Source: Candidatus Falkowbacteria bacterium (lineage in GTDB: Bacteria; Patescibacteriota; Patescibacteriia; UBA11705; JACRDX01). From it: a DNA stretch of 64,000 bases. Of this stretch, positions 57,069-64,000 are shown in pieces. The position numbers and the translations under genes are program-made. Numbering within the stretch: position 1 is the stretch's first letter; the number at the start of each line of letters is the position of its first letter. The notes below the pieces were generated by a model that saw only the letters and a list, made by a program, of their open reading frames with translations, was not told where the DNA came from and did not search any database. The DNA lies in assembly GCA_043798985.1 (NCBI GenBank), contig JAZDOE010000018.1:8057-72056 (forward strand). The letters run 5' to 3'.

Positions 57069-58670
57069 ATGAAAACAAATAAGTTGGTTGCACTTATTAT
57101 TTTGGATGGCTGGGGCATTGCTCCGCCCAACGATGGAAACGCGATTGCTCTCGCGAAAACTCCATATTTTGATCAGCTGATTAGCCGCTATCCAACGCGC
57201 ACGCTTTTGGCGTCTGGCGAGGCCGTTGGTTTGTCTTGGGGCGAAATGGGAAATTCAGAAGTCGGGCACCTTAATCTTGGCACCGGCAGAATTTTTTACC
57301 AAAATTTGCCACGCATTGACAAAGCAATTAGCGACAAAAGTTTTTTTGAAAATCCGCAATTTTTAGGCGCGATTGAACACGTGAAACAAACAAATGGCGA
57401 TTTGCATTTGCTCGGAATTTTAAGCGAAGGCCGCGTGCATGGCATGTTGTCTCATCTTTACGCACTGCTGGATCTTTGTAAAAAAGAACATTTTAAAAAA
57501 GTTTACATTCACGGATTTCTTGACGGAAGAGACACGATTTACAATAGTGGCGCGGATTTTGTAAAAGAATTACAAGAAAAAATTGACGAGATTAAAGTTG
57601 GCGAAATCGCCAGTTTGTGCGGCCGGTTTTACGCGATGGATCGGGATAGACACTGGGAAAGAACAGAAAAAGCTTATCGCGCGATTATTGAAGGCAAAAG
57701 TGAAGCATACGCGAAAAACGCAGTCAGCGCGATTGACGCGTCTTACCACAAAAAAGTTTTTGACGAAGAATTTGTGCCGGTTGTTATCGGTTCCGCGCAA
57801 AAGCCCGTAGCAACAATTAAAAATGGCGATTCTGTAATATTGTTTAACTATCGTTCTGATCGCGCGAGACAATTGGCAGAAGCATTAACAAACCCTAAAT
57901 TTGACAAATTTGAGCGCGTCCCTATGGCAGACATTTTCGTTGTCAGCATGACAGAATACGAAACCCCGAAGGGGTCCCCTTCGGGGACCAATAATAACAT
58001 CCATGTCGCGTTTCCCAAAGAACCTGTAAAAACATGTTTGGCAAAAACACTTAGTGAAAACAAAATAAAACAATTGCACGTCGCGGAAACGGAAAAATAC
58101 GCGCATGTCACTTTTTTCTTTAACGGCGGCAAGGAGGAGCCGTATCCAATGGAATCACGAATTATGATCCCATCGCCGCGCGTTTCATCCTACGCGGAAA
58201 TTCCGGAAATGTCTGCAAAAAAAATCAGCGACGCGCTTGAGCAGGAAATTTTGAAAGAAAATATAAATTTTATTGTTGTCAACTATGCAAATCCGGATAT
58301 GGTTGGACACACCGGCGACTTAAAAGCGGTTATAAAAGCGGTTGAAACCACTGATAAACAATTGGAACGCGTTATAAATTTAATTTTATCAAAAAAAGGC
58401 ATCGCGCTTATTGTTGCTGACCATGGCAATGCCGAGGAAATGATAAATTTGCAAACAGGCGAAATTGATAAAGAGCACAGCACAAATCCAGTTCCGTTTA
58501 TTGTTATCGGAGAAGAATTTGAAGGAAAATTATTGGAAACAGAAGAAGCAATTGGTCGTGATTTGAGTTTACTGCGACCGTCCGGTATTCTTAGCGACTT
58601 GGCGCCGACGATTCTGAAACTTTTGAACATTAAACGTCCGAAAGAAATGAGCGGGCAAGACTTATTGTAA
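57069..58670 (+). CDS. gpmI: 2,3-bisphosphoglycerate-independent phosphoglycerate mutase
   Basis: LDGWG, MGNSEVGH, DGRDT, GRFYAMDRD, AETEKYAHVT, NPDMVGHTG, ADHGN. Confidence 0.96.
   Translation: MKTNKLVALIILDGWGIAPPNDGNAIALAKTPYFDQLISRYPTRTLLASGEAVGLSWGEMGNSEVGHLNLGTGRIFYQNLPRIDKAISDKSFFENPQFLGAIEHVKQTNGDLHLLGILSEGRVHGMLSHLYALLDLCKKEHFKKVYIHGFLDGRDTIYNSGADFVKELQEKIDEIKVGEIASLCGRFYAMDRDRHWERTEKAYRAIIEGKSEAYAKNAVSAIDASYHKKVFDEEFVPVVIGSAQKPVATIKNGDSVILFNYRSDRARQLAEALTNPKFDKFERVPMADIFVVSMTEYETPKGSPSGTNNNIHVAFPKEPVKTCLAKTLSENKIKQLHVAETEKYAHVTFFFNGGKEEPYPMESRIMIPSPRVSSYAEIPEMSAKKISDALEQEILKENINFIVVNYANPDMVGHTGDLKAVIKAVETTDKQLERVINLILSKKGIALIVADHGNAEEMINLQTGEIDKEHSTNPVPFIVIGEEFEGKLLETEEAIGRDLSLLRPSGILSDLAPTILKLLNIKRPKEMSGQDLL
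57964..57986. repeat. 23-bp palindrome in frame in gpmI, same element as in queA
   Basis: ccccgaagggg-t-ccccttcgggg. Confidence 0.9.
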
Positions 58671-59087
58671 AAATAAAATGTACAAAGCCGGAATTGCCAT
58701 GCCTGCCACAAAACCCCAAACAATTTCCCAAAAAGTATGCCCGATCCGCTCTTCCAGAAATTCGTATTTCGCGCCCTCTGTTGGCGCTAAAACATGGACG
58801 GTCTTATTAATAAAATTCGCATGTTTGCCGATAATGCGCCGCAAAACACCAGCATCCCAGATTATTAAAATCGCCAAAACCAACGCGATAGCAAAGTCAG
58901 ATGAATTTAGTCCATGATAATAGCCGATTAACGTGGCAAGACAAACAACAAGCGCAGTATGTGACGATGGCATGCCTCCCGGAGAAAAAAAGTCTCGCCA
59001 ACTGAATTTGTTCTTTAATCCGTGCAATGTGCCTTTAATAATTTGGACGATGATCAGTGTCGCGAGCGGAACGATTACGAATACCAT
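58662..59087 (-). CDS. Divergent PAP2 family protein (DUF212)
   Basis: Q..K, GGMPSSH, DA..LR...G, GHT..E motifs. Confidence 0.9.
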   Translation of the reverse strand: MVFVIVPLATLIIVQIIKGTLHGLKNKFSWRDFFSPGGMPSSHTALVVCLATLIGYYHGLNSSDFAIALVLAILIIWDAGVLRRIIGKHANFINKTVHVLAPTEGAKYEFLEERIGHTFWEIVWGFVAGMAIPALYILFLQ

Positions 59088-59092
59088 AAAGT

Positions 59093-59214
59093 TATAAATA
59101 CGAATACCCGCTTCGCCATAGCTTCAGCGAGGCGAGTCGAAATACGAAACAAATTAGAAATCAGAATGTCCCAATATTGAATCATTGTGATTTCGTGCTT
59201 CAAATTTCGAGCTT
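59093..59214. repeat. Heptamer array with a nested 30-bp hairpin (59107-59136)
   Basis: aaatacgaata[cccgcttcgccatagcttcagcgaggcgag]tcgaaatacgaaac... Confidence 0.8.
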
Positions 59215-59236
59215 CTTTGTTAATATATCATCAAAT

Positions 59237-60376
59237 ATGAATTTTGTCATTTTGGCGGGAGGCGGTGGAACGCGCTTGTGGCCACTAAGCAGAGAAAGCA
59301 AGCCCAAACAATTCACAAAATTATTCGGCAATAAAACGTTGATTGAGCTAACCTATGAACGTTTGCGCAAAATCGCGCCGCCGGAGAAAATTTTTGTTAT
59401 CTTAAATAAAAATCTGTTAAGTTTGGCAAAAAAATTCCTTCCGCAAATTTTGATTCGCAATTACATTATTGAACCTTCGCGCAGAGACACAACCGCGGCA
59501 TTTGGTTTGGCATGCGCAAAACTTTTCAACATCGCTCCTGACGAGCCTGTCGCGTTTATTCCGTCCGATCACTTTATTGGCGACACAAAATTGTTTTGCA
59601 AAACATTACAAACCGCGGAAACATTAATAAATAAAACGCAAAAGCTTGTTGACATTGCCGTTTTGCCAACGTTTCCAAGCACAGCGCTTGGCTATACCAA
59701 AATTGGCAAATTGGTCAATAACGAGAATTGCCCGCTTCGGCTCGCGCAGAGCAAGGCGAGCATTGAAATTTTTTCTTTTTTGGGACACAAAGAAAAACCA
59801 AACTTTGATAAAGCAAAAAAATATATTCAAAGCGGAAAATATCTTTGGCACGCCAGTTATTACATGTGGACGCCAAGAAAATTTTTAGAGGCTTTTGAAA
59901 AATATTCACCAAATAATTATAAATTTATAAAACAGATGGCGCGCGCGTTGCGATCCGCCCCGGGCGGAGAAGCAATCTCCGGCGCGCGCAAAAACATTAT
60001 TGAAAATGCTTTTAACAAAATAACCCCTCAATCGCTGGATTACACCATCACGGAAAAAATAAAACCCAGCGAAGTTTTGATAATCAAAGGAAGTTTTGGA
60101 TGGAGCGACGTGGGCGCTTTTGATGTTTTATATGACGCGCAGAAAGCAACGGCTGACACAAATGGCAATGTGAGCCACGCGAATTTTGTCGCCATGGACA
60201 GTTCACATTGCCTTGTCTATGGAATTAAAAATAAGCCAATCGCCGCGATTGGCGTCAATAACTTAGCAATTATTGATACTCCGGACGCACTTTTGATTTG
60301 CCCTTTGAATCGCGGCCAAGAAGTGAAAAAAATAATAACACAAATAAAAATTCAAAAGAAAACCAACCATCTATGA
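59237..60376 (+). CDS. manC: Mannose-1-phosphate guanylyltransferase
   Basis: ILAGGGGTRLWPLSR..KPKQF, EP..RDT, PSDH, EKP, WSDVG; two extra GC-rich inserts. Confidence 0.9.
   Translation: MNFVILAGGGGTRLWPLSRESKPKQFTKLFGNKTLIELTYERLRKIAPPEKIFVILNKNLLSLAKKFLPQILIRNYIIEPSRRDTTAAFGLACAKLFNIAPDEPVAFIPSDHFIGDTKLFCKTLQTAETLINKTQKLVDIAVLPTFPSTALGYTKIGKLVNNENCPLRLAQSKASIEIFSFLGHKEKPNFDKAKKYIQSGKYLWHASYYMWTPRKFLEAFEKYSPNNYKFIKQMARALRSAPGGEAISGARKNIIENAFNKITPQSLDYTITEKIKPSEVLIIKGSFGWSDVGAFDVLYDAQKATADTNGNVSHANFVAMDSSHCLVYGIKNKPIAAIGVNNLAIIDTPDALLICPLNRGQEVKKIITQIKIQKKTNHL
59731..59760. repeat. 30-bp in-frame insert in manC, same family as 59107-59136
   Basis: cccgcttcg-gctcgcgcagagc-aaggcgag. Confidence 0.8.
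59948..59980. repeat. Second in-frame insert in manC
   Basis: ttgcga-tccgccc-c-gggcgga-gaagcaatctcc. Confidence 0.7.
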
Positions 60377-61035
60377 TGCTTAAGGAATTTTTTTTCGCGC
60401 TACCAAGCTTTATAAACAGTTTGCCAGAACACGGATATTTGATTATTTTAGCGTTTTCCATTCTTGAGGCATTGGCATTTGTCGGAGTTTTGTTTCCGGG
60501 AACAATCATCGTAATCATTCTTGGCTTTTTTTCATTTTTAAAATATTGGAATTTTGCCGCGGTATTTTTCTTAATTTTTATTGGCGCTGTTATTGGCGAT
60601 ACTTTCAGTTTTTGGCTTGGCAAAAAATATGGCATAAACATCCTCGCAAAACTTAGCAAATATCGTCTTTATAGATTCTTGGGGCTAGACTTAGCCGCTG
60701 AATTTTTAGGCAGTAATGAACGCAAAAGCATTATTATTGGTCGTCTGATTGGCCCTTCGCGCGCGTTCACGCCGTTTTTGGTTGGAGCGGTTGGCATGCG
60801 CTTTAGAAAGTTTCTCAACGCTGACATTTTGAGCGTTTTTTTATGGTCAATTTTATACTTGGGAATTGGCGCGATGTTTGGCTCGTCAATGCCTTTGATT
60901 GAAAAATTAATAGACCACGTTGAATCTTTATTTTTATTTTTCATCGGCATAATTTTATTGTCTTCGTTCATTGCAAAACTTGTTTTCAAACGACCATTGC
61001 AAAAAGAAATTCGGAATCCTGAAACTATAAACTAG
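60373..61035 (+). CDS. DedA family membrane protein
   Basis: E....G.LFPG, GA.IGD..SFWLG, GR.IG..R. Confidence 0.9.
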   Translation: MMLKEFFFALPSFINSLPEHGYLIILAFSILEALAFVGVLFPGTIIVIILGFFSFLKYWNFAAVFFLIFIGAVIGDTFSFWLGKKYGINILAKLSKYRLYRFLGLDLAAEFLGSNERKSIIIGRLIGPSRAFTPFLVGAVGMRFRKFLNADILSVFLWSILYLGIGAMFGSSMPLIEKLIDHVESLFLFFIGIILLSSFIAKLVFKRPLQKEIRNPETIN

Positions 61036-61047
61036 AAATTGGGGTTT

Positions 61048-61995
61048 ATGCTTTTCAAAAAAAGAACACTGATAATTTTATTGATTATCGTCGGCACGTT
61101 GCTTGTAATAAATTTTCGGTTTGGCTGGCATCGGGATATTGGCATTGCGCAAACGTTTGTAATTGAAAAAGGGCAGGGATTGTCTGAAATCAGCGACGCG
61201 CTGGCGCAGAAAAAAATTATTAAACGCCCGCTTGGCTTTAAAATTTATGCAGTTTTAACGGGCAATTACGACAATTTGCTGGCCGGCAAATTTTTTTTAC
61301 CGCAAAAAATCAGCATAAAAGATTTGATGAAAATTTTGACAAATGAAAAATTCATGCAACTTGAAACCGAAATAACGATTATTGAAGGCTGGAACAAAAA
61401 CGAAATCGCTGATTATTTGGAACAAAAACAATTGGTTGACAAAAAAACGTTTTTAAAAGCAGCTAATGATTTGGAAGGATTTTTATATCCTGACACTTAC
61501 AGAATTTATCAGGCGACAACAGCCGACGAGATTATCAAAAAAATGCTGGATAATTTTAACACCAAACTGACCATTGATTTGAAAAACAAAATTGAGCAAC
61601 AGCACAAAACAATTCCGCAAATTCTGACAATGGCAAGTATTATTGAAAAAGAAATGACCGGCTTGGAAAATCGCAAAATCGCTTCCGGAATTTTTTGGAA
61701 AAGAATCAAACAGGGGATTCCATTGCAATCTGACGCGACAATAAATTTCATCACGCAAAAAGGCATGACTCAACCCAATTACGTTGACCTAAAAATTGAC
61801 AGCCCCTATAACACCTACAAAAATTATGGCCTGCCACCCGGACCGATTTGCAATCCGGGCCTTGAAGCGATTATCGCATCAATTGAGCCAACCGCGAGCC
61901 AATATTATTATTTTTTAACAACCAAAACAGGTGACGTGATTTTCAGCAAAACCTATGAAGAACATTTGAAAAACAAGCAAAAATATTTAAACTAA
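61048..61995 (+). CDS. mltG: Endolytic transglycosylase MltG
   Basis: LEGFLYPDTY, ASIIEKE, LQSDAT, SPYNTY...GLPPGPICNPG. Confidence 0.94.
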   Translation: MLFKKRTLIILLIIVGTLLVINFRFGWHRDIGIAQTFVIEKGQGLSEISDALAQKKIIKRPLGFKIYAVLTGNYDNLLAGKFFLPQKISIKDLMKILTNEKFMQLETEITIIEGWNKNEIADYLEQKQLVDKKTFLKAANDLEGFLYPDTYRIYQATTADEIIKKMLDNFNTKLTIDLKNKIEQQHKTIPQILTMASIIEKEMTGLENRKIASGIFWKRIKQGIPLQSDATINFITQKGMTQPNYVDLKIDSPYNTYKNYGLPPGPICNPGLEAIIASIEPTASQYYYFLTTKTGDVIFSKTYEEHLKNKQKYLN

Positions 61996-62043
61996 AACCC
62001 CTTAACTTGCGAATAGCCGCGGGTTGCGATATAGTTAAAATAT

Positions 62044-62517
62044 ATGGAAAAAGATGAGATTTTAAGCTTGGCAATTGAACTTTTACGCGAGGAAGAAGAA
62101 TTTCTCGTGCCAATTTTAAAATTGCATACGCTGATTTTGGACGAGCAAGAAACCTGCGGACTGACCATTGAAGAACTGACAAAACTATTGAGCAATGACG
62201 ACCGCTTCTTTATTTTAGAAAGCCAAAGCACGCAAGAACCATGGGAAGACGATGATGATGACAAAATGGAAGCGCTTGGATTTTACAAAGGGCCACGAGC
62301 TATGCTGATGGAACGCAAACCAAGCAAAGATGAATTGAGCGCTGCAATCAAAGAATCAATGCAACAAATGCTTTATAGCCTGAAACAAGCGTATCACGTT
62401 GGGGACAATGACCCTGACGACACAGAAGAAACGGAATTTTTGCAGATTATGACAAAAGCACGCGATCTAGAACGCAAATTTGACGATGCTTTTCAGGAAA
62501 CAGAAAAAGACACCTAA
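62044..62517 (+). CDS. Acidic hypothetical protein
   Basis: 157-aa ORF downstream of a -10-like element. Confidence 0.7.
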   Translation: MEKDEILSLAIELLREEEEFLVPILKLHTLILDEQETCGLTIEELTKLLSNDDRFFILESQSTQEPWEDDDDDKMEALGFYKGPRAMLMERKPSKDELSAAIKESMQQMLYSLKQAYHVGDNDPDDTEETEFLQIMTKARDLERKFDDAFQETEKDT

Positions 62518-62549
62518 TTTTGACATTTGAAATTTGATATTTGAAATTT
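62516..62549 (+). repeat. TTTGA-type heptamer array
   Basis: aattttgacatttgaaatttgatatttgaaattt. Confidence 0.75.
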
Positions 62550-62557
62550 CCTTTAAT

Positions 62558-63769
62558 ATGGCTATTGATATTTTTGGATACGAAAAAGACAAAATTGATA
62601 TTATCATGTTTAACATGGCAACGTTTTATGATTGGGACAGGGGAGTGGTTAATCGGAATTACAATGTAATGAACGAGCTGGCAAAAAATCCGCGCGTAAA
62701 CCGGATAATCGGCGTTGATTTTCTGCCAATCAAACTTAGGCAGGCAACAGGACATTATTTTAAAAATCTTTTATTAGAAATAAAAACCGCGGAAATGATT
62801 TATGGCGACCTTACCAGCGCTTGTTATCGCAAAACCGACAAAATCTACGCGTACACAACAATTGATTCAATTTTTTCTTTTAAAATCGTCGCGCGAGAAT
62901 TGCGCAGAATAGAAAAAATTCTGAATTTGCGCAACATTGTTTTTTGGTCATATAATCCGATGTTTGTTGAATTTATAGGTCGGTTGAACGAACGGCTTAT
63001 TGTTTTTGACACTGTGGATAACTGGATAGAGCACTCAATTTATCCGAAATTGCTGTCGCGAAAGCGCTTGTGCGCAAATTACAAAATAATTAGCGAAAAA
63101 GCTGACTTGATATTTACAGTGTCAGAAGAATTATTGGATTTTTATAAAGAAATGGGACGGAAAAAGGATATGACTTGGATACCAAATGGCGTTGATTTCG
63201 CGCATTTTAATGATTCTGAAAAATTGGCAAAAGAAAACGAACTGTCCAAAATTGATAAAAAAATAATTGGCTATCTTGGCACAATTGAGAATCGGTTAAA
63301 TTTTGATTTGTTGACCAAAATCGCGGATAACAATAAGGACAAAGTCCTTGTTTTGGTCGGACCAGTTTGGCCGTCTGTGAAAAGCAAGGTTGCGGCGCTC
63401 GCGAAGCGAAAAAATGTGAAAATTATCGGCCGCGTCAAATATAATGACGCGCCGAGCTATATTAGCCGTTTTGACGCGGCCATTATTCCGCATCAATCAA
63501 CCGGTTTGGTAAAATCAATGAATCCAATGAAACTTTACGATTATCTTGCCTGCGGCAAGCCGATTATTACAACATCTGTCCCGGGCGCTGAAATGTTTAA
63601 AGAACAGATTTATATTTCAAAAAATGATTCTGAATTTTTACAAAATATAGCGCGCGCGATGACAGAAGATTCTTTGGAAAAGACGGCCGCGCGTCGCGCG
63701 GCCGTGAAGCCGCATTCATGGTCATCGCGCGTCTCCCAAATGACCGATCTGGTTTTTAAAAAATTATGA
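62558..63769 (+). CDS. GT4-like glycosyltransferase (TuaH-like)
   Basis: IPNGVD..HF, GYLGTI, NPMKLYDYLACGKPI. Confidence 0.88.
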   Translation: MAIDIFGYEKDKIDIIMFNMATFYDWDRGVVNRNYNVMNELAKNPRVNRIIGVDFLPIKLRQATGHYFKNLLLEIKTAEMIYGDLTSACYRKTDKIYAYTTIDSIFSFKIVARELRRIEKILNLRNIVFWSYNPMFVEFIGRLNERLIVFDTVDNWIEHSIYPKLLSRKRLCANYKIISEKADLIFTVSEELLDFYKEMGRKKDMTWIPNGVDFAHFNDSEKLAKENELSKIDKKIIGYLGTIENRLNFDLLTKIADNNKDKVLVLVGPVWPSVKSKVAALAKRKNVKIIGRVKYNDAPSYISRFDAAIIPHQSTGLVKSMNPMKLYDYLACGKPIITTSVPGAEMFKEQIYISKNDSEFLQNIARAMTEDSLEKTAARRAAVKPHSWSSRVSQMTDLVFKKL

Positions 63770-63773
63770 TTTT

Positions 63774-64000
63774 ATGCAAAATAAAATCAAAGACAAAAAC
63801 TATTTCTTTGTTGATGAATCTGGCGACCCAATTTTTTATGATCGTTATGGCAACTGCATTGTCGGAGATGACGGATGCTCAAAAATTTTAATAATAGGCT
63901 TTATAATGGCAGATAACCCTAGCCTATTAAGAAAAGAAGTTGCGAAATTGCAGAATGAAATAATTAACGATCCATATCTCAAAGGCATACCGTCCCTCGA
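63774..64000 (+). CDS. DUF3800-like protein, 3' truncated by window edge
   Basis: MQNKIKDKNYFFVDESGDP N-terminal motif. Confidence 0.7.
   Translation, partial: MQNKIKDKNYFFVDESGDPIFYDRYGNCIVGDDGCSKILIIGFIMADNPSLLRKEVAKLQNEIINDPYLKGIPSL

Noticed and set aside
1140-63496. Numerous short antisense and alternate-frame ORFs in the track
   Set aside because: They overlap well-supported genes and show no motifs; treated as shadow ORFs.
63683-63705. Near-perfect 23-bp palindrome acggccgcgcg-t-cgcgcggccgt
   Set aside because: It encodes TAARRAAV in the normal C-terminal helix of a GT, with no apparent length excess and no match to the other hairpin families. An ortholog alignment could reopen it.
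1-64000. Alternative genetic code (TGA=Gly as in Gracilibacteria/SR1)
   Set aside because: Long genes are intact under code 11, and TGA terminates genes at expected ends (e.g. 9145, 18275, 54865).

Overview
AT-rich, densely coded bacterial window, almost all on the + strand. The gene set and the scarcity of Shine-Dalgarno motifs suggest a Patescibacteria/CPR (Parcubacteria-like) genome (inference). Layout: tRNA-Trp with an upstream duplicated tRNA fragment and a small GIY-YIG nuclease; murE; a ~33 kb surface-glycan locus (5.9-39.2 kb); a surface protein; then housekeeping genes (queA, rsmI, metG, tatD, PBP, murF, tRNA-Glu, lexA, pgk, eno, gpmI, manC, mltG). The glycan locus contains a single 1208-aa phosphonate-pathway fusion (cytidylyltransferase-PepM-Ppd-Fe-ADH). 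The strongest unexplained signal is a population of 15-54 bp GC-rich palindromic micro-elements. They sit in frame inside at least 8 unrelated proteins (MurE, flippase, radical SAM, QueA, MurF, Pgk, GpmI, ManC x2), and also inside tRNA fragments and intergenic heptamer arrays. Several recur as near-identical copies or show target-site duplications. All calls were made by eye; no database searches were run.
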